Source of the DNA: an uncultured Clostridia bacterium
Lineage (GTDB): Bacteria; Bacillota; Clostridia; Christensenellales; UBA1242
Direction of reading: 5' to 3'
DNA: 64,000 nucleotides
Assembly: GCA_947382485.1 (NCBI GenBank)
Contig: CANCYS010000004.1
Span: 6,385-70,384 of the forward strand
Of the stretch, positions 18,164 to 26,648 are shown in pieces. The translations under genes were made by a program, and so were the position numbers. Under the pieces are notes generated by a model that made no database searches, had not been told where the DNA came from, and saw only the letters and a program-made list of their open reading frames with translations. Each line of letters opens with the position of its first letter. Position 1 is the stretch's first letter.

Positions 18164-19840
18164 TTAAAGTAACATAACTGAAATTTGACATAGAATTATA
18201 AGCGATAAAACATCGACAATTGTTGTGATAAATGGACTAGCCACAACTGCTGGGTCAAGTTTGCATTTTTTTGCAAGTAGTGGTAAAAGTGCACCAACTA
18301 TTTTTGAAATACAAATTGTTAAAAACAAAGCAAGAGAAACGATGAAAGAGATTTTAACAGAATATCCATAGCCAAAAATTAAATTGTCAATCAGCATAAG
18401 TTTTGCAAAGCAAGCAATTCCAAGTACCAGTGCAACAACAATTGCGACACGAATTTCTTTCCATAAGACTTTGAAAGTATCTTTAAAGGAAACTTCACCT
18501 AGTGCAATAGATTGAATAATGGTTACCGATGCTTGGCTTCCTGCATTACCGCCAGAACCCATAATCATTGGAATACATGCAATTAAGAGTGGGCTCAAAT
18601 TACTTTCATATTCATTAATAACAAGTCCAGTAAACGTTGAAGTTATCAACAGAAGTAAAAGCCAAGGTATACGATTGCTAAAAATTTTAAATGTTCCAGT
18701 TTGAAAATATGGTTTATTTGTTGGTGTAATAGCCGCCATTTTGCTAATATCTTCTGATGCTTCTTCTTGAATGACATCAATAGCATCGTCGATAGTAACA
18801 ATACCATTAATACGGTTTTCGCTGTCCACAACAGGAATAGCAAGAAGGTCATATTTAGAAAGCATTTGAGATACTTCTTCTTTGTCGGTATGTGTATATG
18901 CTGCAATAAAGTTGGTTTGCATGAAATCGCCAACTTTATCTTTCGGATTATGTAAAATAATATCTTTTGCAGAAACAGTTCCAAGCAAATGTTTTTGGTC
19001 GTCGGTAACATAGCATGTATAAATAGTTTCTTTGTCAAGAGCTTGTTTACGCATTTTAGCAAGTGCTTCTTCTGCGGTCATTTTAGAGCGAAGGGTAATG
19101 CACTCAGTTGTCATAATAGTTCCAGCACTGTCTTTTGGAAAACCTAAAAGTTTGTTTATTGATTCTCTGTTTTCAGGTTTAGAAACTTTCAAAATACGAA
19201 TAACAACATTCGAAGGCATTTCTTCAATAAGGTCAATTGTGTCGTCAATAAAAAGGTCGTCAATGATAAATGATAACTCTTTGTCAGTAAAAGTTTTTAT
19301 CAAAATTTCTTGTTTGTCGCTGTCCATTTCAATAAACACTTCACTTGCAAGGTCTTTTGGAAGAATCCTAAAAAGAATTGCAACATTGTCATCATCAATG
19401 TCATTAATAATATCCGCAACATCAATAGGTTCCATTTCAGCCAAAATTGGTTTAAGAGTGCTGAACTTTTTGTTTTCAATATTTTCAATAATTTCAAGCA
19501 ACTTTTCATGTCGGTCATCTGCTTGTGCTTTAAGCATAATTTCTTTGAAAACTTCTTTGTCAAGTTCATTTTCAATATCCTTATCAAGCAGTTCTTCCAT
19601 GATTGGTTTAAATTCAATATCACTTATATTTTCAATCAAAAATGTTTGTAATTCAACAGACAAAACCATAAAAGCATCAGCAACTTTTGATGCTGGAAGT
19701 TTCGGAACAATATGCACCAAAATTGGTTTTTCAATTTTTGAAAGTGCAGAAGCAAGTTCATCAGCACCAGATGTTTTAGCCAATTCTTCAAGTTCGTCAA
19801 AACTTTCGGTGTCAAAAAGAGCCACAATCTTTTTATGCAT
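18164..19840 (-). CDS. mgtE: magnesium transporter MgtE
   Basis: Start moved to ATG at 19840 (MHKKIVALF...), after the AGGAGG RBS. N-domain, CBS pair and C-terminal TM domain (GGNAGSQASV, PFITTIVDV). Confidence 0.88.
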   Translation of the reverse strand: MHKKIVALFDTESFDELEELAKTSGADELASALSKIEKPILVHIVPKLPASKVADAFMVLSVELQTFLIENISDIEFKPIMEELLDKDIENELDKEVFKEIMLKAQADDRHEKLLEIIENIENKKFSTLKPILAEMEPIDVADIINDIDDDNVAILFRILPKDLASEVFIEMDSDKQEILIKTFTDKELSFIIDDLFIDDTIDLIEEMPSNVVIRILKVSKPENRESINKLLGFPKDSAGTIMTTECITLRSKMTAEEALAKMRKQALDKETIYTCYVTDDQKHLLGTVSAKDIILHNPKDKVGDFMQTNFIAAYTHTDKEEVSQMLSKYDLLAIPVVDSENRINGIVTIDDAIDVIQEEASEDISKMAAITPTNKPYFQTGTFKIFSNRIPWLLLLLITSTFTGLVINEYESNLSPLLIACIPMIMGSGGNAGSQASVTIIQSIALGEVSFKDTFKVLWKEIRVAIVVALVLGIACFAKLMLIDNLIFGYGYSVKISFIVSLALFLTICISKIVGALLPLLAKKCKLDPAVVASPFITTIVDVLSLIILCQISVMLL

Positions 19841-19861
19841 AACAGTTCCTCCTAAAAAAAA

Positions 19862-20035
19862 TAATCCCTCACGGGATTCACGAAAATTAACCCCGTCCAA
19901 GCTTCAACTCCGAAGGGCAATGAAATTGCATTAGGTTTTCCCTTGTTTTCGAGAAGACCTGTTAACCGACATAAAAAAGTCTCCTTTTAAATGCGGCATC
20001 AACCCGTATCCCTTTGGTAGCCTTGCCTACCGTTT
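19862..20035 (-). promoter_or_regulatory. M-box (ykoK-type) Mg2+ riboswitch with intrinsic terminator, controlling mgtE
   Basis: The minus-strand transcript reads GGTAGGCAAGGCTACC...GGGATACGGGTTGATGCCGC...GTCGGTTAACAGG...AATGCA...GGAGTTGAAGCTTGGACGGGGTTAA. This resembles the M-box consensus as I recall it. It is followed by an AATCCC-GTGA-GGGATT hairpin plus a U-run abutting the RBS. Confidence 0.8.
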
Positions 20036-20050
20036 TTAAATACACTTATA

Positions 20051-20079
20051 ATTATAATTTTGAACAAAATATATGTCAA
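20051..20079 (-). promoter_or_regulatory. sigma-70 type promoter for M-box/mgtE
   Basis: On the minus strand: TTGACA (20079-20074), 17-nt spacer, TATAAT (20056-20051). Confidence 0.75.
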
Positions 20080-20168
20080 TTAATATTTATTTAAGCATAA
20101 AAAAATGATATTTTTTGCAATACATATTATCAGTTTATGCTAAACGAAATAAAGTAAATATAAAATAT

Positions 20169-20197
20169 TTGGAATTTTAAAACTATTAGTCTATAAT
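20169..20197 (+). promoter_or_regulatory. sigma-70 type promoter for rnr
   Basis: TTGGAA (20169-20174), 17-nt spacer, TATAAT (20192-20197). Confidence 0.65.
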
Positions 20198-20218
20198 AAA
20201 TTTGTAAGGTAGGTTCAT

Positions 20219-22561
20219 ATGAATTTTATAGAAACAATATATAATAAAATACTTTTAATGAAAAGGTCAAAATTTAGTCTAGATGATGTAGCAAAATATA
20301 CAGGTTTAGAATATGGCTTTGATAAAAGAACATTATCAAAAACACTTGATACACTTGCAAAGCAAGGCAAGTTAAGCAAATTAAAATCAGGCGATTATGC
20401 ACTCAATTTAAAAGAAGAACTCATTAAATGCACACTTCTTGGAACAAGCAAAGATTATGCCTTTGCAAGACCAATTTCAGGTGAAAAAGATAGAGATATC
20501 TTCATTTCCAGTGCAAACTTAAATGATGCTTGCCATGGTGACACAGTCATGGTTGAAGTTGGTATTTCTGGAAAAGATAGAAAATATAAAATGAATCTTC
20601 CTCTTGTAGCAAAAGGAAAAAGAGAAGGCCGAGTTGTTGAAATTATAGAACGTGGTTATAAGGTTGTTGTTGGAATTTTGTCAATAACAGATAGAGGTGT
20701 GGCAACAATTCTTCCAGATGATCAAAGGTTCACAGATTCAGTTTTTGTTGCCTCAACAGACCTTATGGGAGCAACAAATAACACCAAGGTTGTTGCAGAA
20801 ATAATAGATTATCCATCAAACATCAAAATGGCAAAGGCAAGAATTATTGAAATTTTAGGTGACCCAAAAGATGCCAGAGTAACAACTCTTTCAATAATTC
20901 GTTCATATAATTTATTTGAAGAATTTCCAGAAGAAGTTGTTTTAGAAGCAAAAAAAGTTAACAAACCAATCAGTGAAGAAAATCAAAACGGAAGAAAAGA
21001 TTATCGTGACAAACTAATCATCACCATTGATGGTGACGATGCAAAAGATTTTGACGATGCAATTTCAATAGAAAAAGTTGATGAAAACTATAAACTTGGA
21101 GTATACATTGCAGATGTTTCGCATTATGTAAGGTCAGGTTCAAAACTTGATGAAGAAGCGTTCAAAAGAGGCACATCTGTATATTTTCCAGACCATGTTC
21201 TTCCAATGCTTCCAGTTGAACTTTCAAATGGCATATGTTCACTTAATCCAAACGAAGATAGGTTTGTGCTTGCGGTTGAAATGCTTGTAAACAATCAGGG
21301 CAAGGTTGAAGACTACGAAATTCATAAGGGCATAATAAAGTCTGCATATCGCATGACATACAATAAAGTAAATAAAATTTTAAATGGAGATACCAATCTT
21401 TGCTCGGAGTATAAAGACATTGTACCAATGCTTCATCAAATGGTTGAATTATCAAAAATTTTAATTAAACGTAGAGAAAATGCTGGCGAACTTGATTTTG
21501 ACATTCCAGAAGCAGAAATAGTATTAAATGATGACGGGACAGTCAAAGACATTCATCGTAAGCCAAGAGAAGATTCAGAGAGATTGATTGAACAATTCAT
21601 GGTTCTCACAAATGAAGTAGTAGCACGCCACTTTGACAATATGGACACTCCATTTGTTTATCGTGTTCATGAAATACCAGTTGCAACAAAAATGAAAAAT
21701 TTTAGAGATTTTGCAGGTAGCCTAGGATTAACATTCAAAACTGCTGGAAAAGAACCAAGTCCAAAAGATTTCCAAAAACTTCTTGTTGAAGGTAGGGGAA
21801 AAGATTATTCTTCTGCACTTTCAAAAGTTATGCTCAGAAGCATGCAAAAAGCAAGATATGAAACTGAAAATCTTGGACACTTTGGTTTGGCACTTAAAGA
21901 CTATTGTCATTTCACATCGCCAATTAGAAGATATCCCGACCTATCAATTCATAGAATAATTTCTGATGTACTTTCAGGAGAAATGACTGATAAAAAAGTA
22001 AAGTTTTATGAAGATTTCGTTGCTGAGTCAGCAGAGCGTAGTAGCACAACTGAAAGAACTGCCGAAGAAGCAGAAAGAGCAGTTGACAACCAAAAGAAAG
22101 CAGAATATATGCAAAGCAAAATAGGTGAGTGCTATGAAGGTACAGTTTCTGGCGTAACAGAAAATGGTGTTTATGTAGAACTTGAAAACACTGTCGAAGG
22201 CTTCATGTCAATTCAAAGACTTCCTGTTGGACGATATGAATATAGTGAATCAAAGTATATGCTTCAAGGCGTTGGCAGAACTTTCCGCATTGGTGATAAA
22301 ATCAATATTCGTGTTGTTGAGGTTGACATTGTCACAAAGCATATTGATTTTGAATTAGAAGATTTTCATAGGGAAATTTCCGAAGAAGATAAGTCTTATA
22401 ACTTTGCAACAAATGTTGATGAAAACTCCAAAGCAAAATCACACAAAGGTGAACGTGGTGCAAGACATGGCAGACATAGTGGTGGACATCAAAAACAAAA
22501 TGGTTTTAGTCATAAATATTCAGACCATTCTTTTAAAAAATTCAAAAAGAAACATAGATAA
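20219..22561 (+). CDS. rnr: ribonuclease R (RNase II/VacB family 3'-5' exoribonuclease)
   Basis: 780 aa. RNB domain motifs (IDGDDAKDFDDAIS, HFGLA...YCHFTSPIRRYPD), an S1 domain and a basic H/K/G-rich C-terminal tail. Confidence 0.9.
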   Translation: MNFIETIYNKILLMKRSKFSLDDVAKYTGLEYGFDKRTLSKTLDTLAKQGKLSKLKSGDYALNLKEELIKCTLLGTSKDYAFARPISGEKDRDIFISSANLNDACHGDTVMVEVGISGKDRKYKMNLPLVAKGKREGRVVEIIERGYKVVVGILSITDRGVATILPDDQRFTDSVFVASTDLMGATNNTKVVAEIIDYPSNIKMAKARIIEILGDPKDARVTTLSIIRSYNLFEEFPEEVVLEAKKVNKPISEENQNGRKDYRDKLIITIDGDDAKDFDDAISIEKVDENYKLGVYIADVSHYVRSGSKLDEEAFKRGTSVYFPDHVLPMLPVELSNGICSLNPNEDRFVLAVEMLVNNQGKVEDYEIHKGIIKSAYRMTYNKVNKILNGDTNLCSEYKDIVPMLHQMVELSKILIKRRENAGELDFDIPEAEIVLNDDGTVKDIHRKPREDSERLIEQFMVLTNEVVARHFDNMDTPFVYRVHEIPVATKMKNFRDFAGSLGLTFKTAGKEPSPKDFQKLLVEGRGKDYSSALSKVMLRSMQKARYETENLGHFGLALKDYCHFTSPIRRYPDLSIHRIISDVLSGEMTDKKVKFYEDFVAESAERSSTTERTAEEAERAVDNQKKAEYMQSKIGECYEGTVSGVTENGVYVELENTVEGFMSIQRLPVGRYEYSESKYMLQGVGRTFRIGDKINIRVVEVDIVTKHIDFELEDFHREISEEDKSYNFATNVDENSKAKSHKGERGARHGRHSGGHQKQNGFSHKYSDHSFKKFKKKHR

Positions 22562-22576
22562 TAAAATTATAAAAAT

Positions 22577-22606
22577 TAAAAAAACAGGCAACAGCCTGTT
22601 TTTTTA
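22577..22606. terminator. bidirectional rho-independent terminator
   Basis: A7-ACAGGC-AACA-GCCTGT-T7, between convergent rnr and the 216-aa gene. Confidence 0.85.
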
Positions 22607-22613
22607 TTTAATA

Positions 22614-23264
22614 TTAATTGCTTCCATCGCCAGGTTGTCCACCAGTTGGTTGTCCTTGTGGCTTAGCATTCTCATAGTCTTTAATCATTTGTGTCATCCA
22701 ATACATAATAGATGATCTCTCAGGTTTTAAGAAACTATTTCCATGTGCTTGATTGTGTTCTTTCATACAACTGAGATTTTTAATAAAATCTATTGTATTT
22801 CTATCTTTTAAATCAGAACTTTGACCAAGTGATTTTAATTTTCTGTTTAGTTCTGTGCAAACATAAGACGCAATAGTTTCGGCGTGTTTAAACATATACC
22901 TATTTAAGTTTTCTTTTGCCTCTTGATTTTTCATAATCTGTTCATATCTTTCAACTGCAATTTCAGGCATACCATTAAAAAAGAAGTCACGTCTAAGATT
23001 ATCAACACTAGAAAAGTCATAAGTAGATGGAATCAAAGGAATTTCAATATTAATAACCGAATTATCTTTTGTTACAGTTGTATTGCTATTTTTAATAAAC
23101 TGAATATTGATAATTTTAGGAATACCACTTTCGGTTACATATGATAATTCACCAACAATAAACTGTTGTAAATTTGCAGAATTATCTTTGTCATTAACTT
23201 TAGTGTTATTGACAGTTACAGTAGTCTTGTCAACTTTTCTATACTTTTTAATTTCTTCTTTCAT
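22614..23264 (-). CDS. hypothetical protein, shorter paralog of the upstream gene, with a G/Q/P-rich C-terminal tail
   Basis: 216 aa, AAGGAG RBS, 19 nt after the upstream gene's stop. No family recognised. Confidence 0.65.
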   Translation of the reverse strand: MKEEIKKYRKVDKTTVTVNNTKVNDKDNSANLQQFIVGELSYVTESGIPKIINIQFIKNSNTTVTKDNSVINIEIPLIPSTYDFSSVDNLRRDFFFNGMPEIAVERYEQIMKNQEAKENLNRYMFKHAETIASYVCTELNRKLKSLGQSSDLKDRNTIDFIKNLSCMKEHNQAHGNSFLKPERSSIMYWMTQMIKDYENAKPQGQPTGGQPGDGSN

Positions 23265-23283
23265 AATTTTATCTCCTTAACAT

Positions 23284-24417
23284 TTAAAACAAAGGTCCAT
23301 TTTGTCCGTTATTTCCACCATTATTACCATAGTTATTAGGGTCAACATCTTTGTAACTATTACCAAAAAATTCTTCCATAGTTCTTTTAATTTGTTCTTG
23401 AAGTTCCGCTTCAAGTCTTGGACTAGTTTCATATAAACATGCACCGTTTGAGTGAGGTTTGTTATTAACAATAGTCTTAGTTCTGTCAAACCTTCCAAAA
23501 CCAGTCACTGCAATAAGTGTAAGGTCAATCACTTCTTTGACATAAGAATCTTGTGAAGATTTATCTTTAAATAAAACATCAAAAGGTTTTTCTTTATCAA
23601 AGATTGATAAGTTTTCAATAATTTTTTCATATTCACTAATAAATTCATTAGCGGTATGATATGAGTGTGAAAGTGCAATCTTAATATATTTCATAAGCAT
23701 TTCTGCTTGATAAATTCCAATAGATTTTGATGAATAATTTCCAAAGTCATTGTTTAAAGCTTTTGCTCTTTGATAGTATTGTTGCGAAGCACCTCTGTTA
23801 ATAAATTCATAAACGATATTAACAATTTGTGAACTAATATCTGTGCTTTGTTCAATAAGGCTAAGAATTTCATTTGCATGTGAGTTGCAATATTTAATAC
23901 CACTTTTAAAATCAAAATAAGCTTCTTTAATTGTTTCTTCATTTTCTTTGCTGTTAAAGAAGATATATTGCAATAATCCATCTTTAAAAAATTTGATGTC
24001 ATCTTGAACTTCTTTAAGTCTGTTTTTAGGTTCTGTAAATTTCAAAACAAGTTCATCAATAATATCATAAATATGAAAAAATCTTTCATAAGCAACATCA
24101 AGAGTTCTTTCAAATTCACATCTTGGAGGAATAATAGGCAATGTAAGTCTTTTCACCAAATTATCATCTTGAATAATAATAGAATTTTTAGTTGTAGGTG
24201 TTCTATTAACATCTTTAACAAAAGCAAAATCAATTAAAACAGGAAGTCCAGTTCTTGAAGACTCACTTGCAATTTCGGTGAATATACCATCATTGCCAAA
24301 AAGTTCAGAGAAAGAATCAGAAACAGTATTATCTCTTTTTAAATATTTCTTATGGTCAACAATAACTGTATATTGTAAAACGTTGTTAACATTAGCACCA
24401 CCAGCCACCAATCTCAT
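23284..24417 (-). CDS. hypothetical protein with an N/G-rich C-terminal tail
   Basis: Start placed at ATG 24417 (MRLVAGGANV), 8 nt after GGAGG. The track's ATG 24432 overlaps that RBS and sits only about 8 nt from the predicted TSS. 377 aa; no family recognised. Confidence 0.65.
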   Translation of the reverse strand: MRLVAGGANVNNVLQYTVIVDHKKYLKRDNTVSDSFSELFGNDGIFTEIASESSRTGLPVLIDFAFVKDVNRTPTTKNSIIIQDDNLVKRLTLPIIPPRCEFERTLDVAYERFFHIYDIIDELVLKFTEPKNRLKEVQDDIKFFKDGLLQYIFFNSKENEETIKEAYFDFKSGIKYCNSHANEILSLIEQSTDISSQIVNIVYEFINRGASQQYYQRAKALNNDFGNYSSKSIGIYQAEMLMKYIKIALSHSYHTANEFISEYEKIIENLSIFDKEKPFDVLFKDKSSQDSYVKEVIDLTLIAVTGFGRFDRTKTIVNNKPHSNGACLYETSPRLEAELQEQIKRTMEEFFGNSYKDVDPNNYGNNGGNNGQNGPLF

Positions 24418-24446
24418 AGTTTTGTCCTCCATATAATTGTAATAAA

Positions 24447-24475
24447 ATTATAACTCATTTGACACAATTTGTCAA
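24447..24475 (-). promoter_or_regulatory. perfect consensus sigma-70 promoter for the two-gene unknown operon
   Basis: On the minus strand: TTGACA (24475-24470), 17-nt spacer, TATAAT (24452-24447). Confidence 0.75.
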
Positions 24476-24587
24476 TATCTGCACAAAATTAAAAAAACCG
24501 TAAAAGAGTATATATTAATTGTTTCAAAAACACAAAAAAAATATAATGTTCTTGATTTGAAAATCAAATTGTGATAAAATTATAGGC

Positions 24588-25031
24588 ATGAAAATAATAA
24601 CCGAAAACAGGGAAGCAAGACATAATTATTTTTTGGAAGATACCATTGAAGCTGGTATAGTTTTGGTTGGCAGTGAAGTAAAGTCACTTGTTTCAGGCAA
24701 AGCAAATTTAAAAGATAGTTATGCACTTGTTCGTGGCGGTGAGGTTTTTTTGATTAATTGTTTCATCTCAAACTTTGAAAAAACAGGTTCATTTGCACCA
24801 GATGAAAGACGAACAAGAAAATTACTTTTAAATAAGCAAGAAATATTAAAACTTGAAAGAAAGGTAAAAGAAAAATCATACACACTTGTTCCAACAAAAA
24901 TGTATTTTTCAAACAATAAAGTCAAAGTTGAAATTGCACTTGGAAAGGGTAAAAAACTATATGACAAAAAAGATGACAAAATGAAAGCAGACTTAAATCG
25001 TTATGCAGAAAGACTAATCAAAAATTCATAG
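24588..25031 (+). CDS. smpB: SsrA-binding protein SmpB
   Basis: 147 aa, NREARHNYFLEDTIEAGIVLVGSEVKSL typical SmpB. Confidence 0.93.
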   Translation: MKIITENREARHNYFLEDTIEAGIVLVGSEVKSLVSGKANLKDSYALVRGGEVFLINCFISNFEKTGSFAPDERRTRKLLLNKQEILKLERKVKEKSYTLVPTKMYFSNNKVKVEIALGKGKKLYDKKDDKMKADLNRYAERLIKNS

Positions 25032-25059
25032 GTTAATTTTTCATAAAATTATTATTTTT

Positions 25060-25426
25060 GGGGGTGTAAGGTTTCGACAGGTGACAAGAAATGTTATCTA
25101 TAAGCGTGTGTGTGGTCCAGACCCACATAAAAATCTGGAAAAAAATAAACGCAAATAGCGATTCTTTTGCTGCAAATGCAGCAGTTGCTGCTTAGTTATT
25201 AAGCAGACCGGCAACATTTCATCGCTCACTGGTGAAGTGTTGTTGTCAAAAAATAGTGAGATGAAACAGTTTGATGTCAGTGCCTATTGTTTCGAGATTT
25301 AACTGAATTGCTTTAAGATGTTTTGTTTGTTTCAAACTTAAAGTGAAAAACAAAATAAACTGGCACACGAAGAAGGGGTAATCTTTCGTCATTTGGAAGT
25401 GGGTTCGATACCCACCACCTCCACCA
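25060..25426 (+). ncRNA. ssrA: tmRNA (SsrA)
   Basis: 5' GGGGGTGTAAGGTTTCGACAGG; 3' T-arm GTGGGTTCGATACCCAC plus CACCTCCACCA. Tag frame 25151-25195 encodes ANSDSFAANAAVAA then stop. Lies immediately after smpB. Confidence 0.92.
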
Positions 25427-25460
25427 AACAATTAAGTTAAAATCTTTAAAGGTAAGAGAT

Positions 25461-25829
25461 ATGGATGATAAAATAACAACTGTAGAAGAGTTAAAACAAG
25501 TAGTAAAAAAATATAATGAAGAGAGAGATTGGACTCAATTTCATGACCCAAAAGAATTGGCAATCGTGCTTAGCACAGAATCTAATGAATTGTTGTCAAT
25601 TTTTAGATTTAAAAATCAAAATCAAATGCAAGAAATATTAGATTCGAATAGGCGTGAAGAAATTGAAGATGAACTAGCAGATATATTTAATGGCATACTT
25701 AGATTTGCACAATTATACAATATAAATCTTTCTGAGGTTTTTGAAAGAAAGATGGAAAAAAATCGTAAAAAATATCCAGTCGAACTTTGTAAAGGAAAAA
25801 ATAAAAAATATAATGAATATAAAAACTAA
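25461..25829 (+). CDS. all-alpha NTP pyrophosphohydrolase, MazG-like/DCTPP1 (RS21-C6)-like
   Basis: 122 aa. ERDWTQFHDPKELAIVLSTESNELLSIF and EDELADIF...KNRKKYP resemble the dCTP pyrophosphatase 1 family signature as I recall it. Confidence 0.65.
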   Translation: MDDKITTVEELKQVVKKYNEERDWTQFHDPKELAIVLSTESNELLSIFRFKNQNQMQEILDSNRREEIEDELADIFNGILRFAQLYNINLSEVFERKMEKNRKKYPVELCKGKNKKYNEYKN

Positions 25830-25842
25830 AAAAATTTGTTGA

Positions 25843-25870
25843 AAGTTTAGATGTATGGCTAAACTTTTTT
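25843..25870 (+). terminator. rho-independent terminator
   Basis: AAGTTTAG-N8-CTAAACTT hairpin plus a T-run. Confidence 0.7.
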
Positions 25871-25935
25871 GTTTTACAAAAAGTGTTTTAGTTTGCTATA
25901 CTTAAAAAGTAATAAAATATTTTAAAGGATAGTTT

Positions 25936-26316
25936 ATGAATATTTTAATCACAGGCTCAACAATGGAAGAGCAAATCCAAGACACTTATAAAATTTTATA
26001 TGATTTTTTAACAACCACATTTAACGCAAAAGTGCACACACCGCTAGACACAATAAAATTTAAAGGAACAAATGAAGAAAGAGTGAAAAGAGCATTTGAC
26101 CTTGTAGACATTGCAGATGTTATAGTTGCAGATGTGAGTTATCCATCTCATGGTCAGGGCATTGAACTTCATTACGCTTTAACCAAAAATAAAAAGATAA
26201 TTTTAATTGCAAAAGAAAATAGTAAAGTCAGTGGGGTTGTAACAGGTTTGTTTGGCACACCATTTTATTATAATTCAACTGATGATTTAATAAAATTTTT
26301 AAACAGCAAAATATAG
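25936..26316 (+). CDS. nucleoside 2-deoxyribosyltransferase-fold protein, DNPH1/Rcl-like
   Basis: 126 aa. ADVIVADVSYPSHGQGIELHYA resembles the AEVTQPSLGVGYELGRA core of the DNPH1/NDT family (from memory). Confidence 0.55.
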   Translation: MNILITGSTMEEQIQDTYKILYDFLTTTFNAKVHTPLDTIKFKGTNEERVKRAFDLVDIADVIVADVSYPSHGQGIELHYALTKNKKIILIAKENSKVSGVVTGLFGTPFYYNSTDDLIKFLNSKI

Positions 26317-26321
26317 TTTTT

Positions 26322-26350
26322 AACGCATCAAATTTTGATGTGTTATTTTT
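26322..26350 (+). terminator. rho-independent terminator
   Basis: AACGCATCAAA / TTTGATGTGTT hairpin plus a T-run. Confidence 0.7.
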
Positions 26351-26527
26351 ATAAAAATGCGAAATAAAAGTATATTTATTTTGTTTTAAATAATATGTAT
26401 GAAAAAAAGAAAATTCGCAAAAAATACAAGTGAAAAACTCAATGTTTAAACCAAATTTTTGCGAAAAATTTGTCAAAATTTGGCATAGACAAATAAAATT
26501 AAAATAAATACAAATCAATTAAAATAA

Positions 26528-26558
26528 AACACATCAAAATCAACTGATGTGTTTTTTT
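26528..26558 (+). terminator. orphan terminator-like hairpin in a 330-nt intergenic region
   Basis: AACACATCA-N8-TGATGTGTT plus T7, with no annotated gene upstream of it. Confidence 0.55.
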
Positions 26559-26648
26559 ATAAATTTTAAAAATATATATTAAAATATTTTAATTTATTTT
26601 AATTTTGATGTATAATGTCGTTGCTTTTAACTGGGGGATAAAAACATT

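Noticed and set aside
19032-19934. 300-aa Ser-rich ORF on the plus strand
   Set aside because: It is antisense to mgtE and runs through the M-box leader. Its composition (S/I/L-rich) is what the reverse complement of an E/D/K-rich AT-rich gene would give.
24459-24475. Palindromic TTGACAcaattTGTCAA as a bidirectional promoter serving smpB as well
   Set aside because: Only the minus-strand TTGACA has a TATAAT 17 nt downstream; the plus-strand copy is followed by CACAAA. smpB has better candidate promoters nearer its start: TTGTTT-17-TATAAT at 24519-24547 or TTGATT-17-TAAAAT at 24552-24580.
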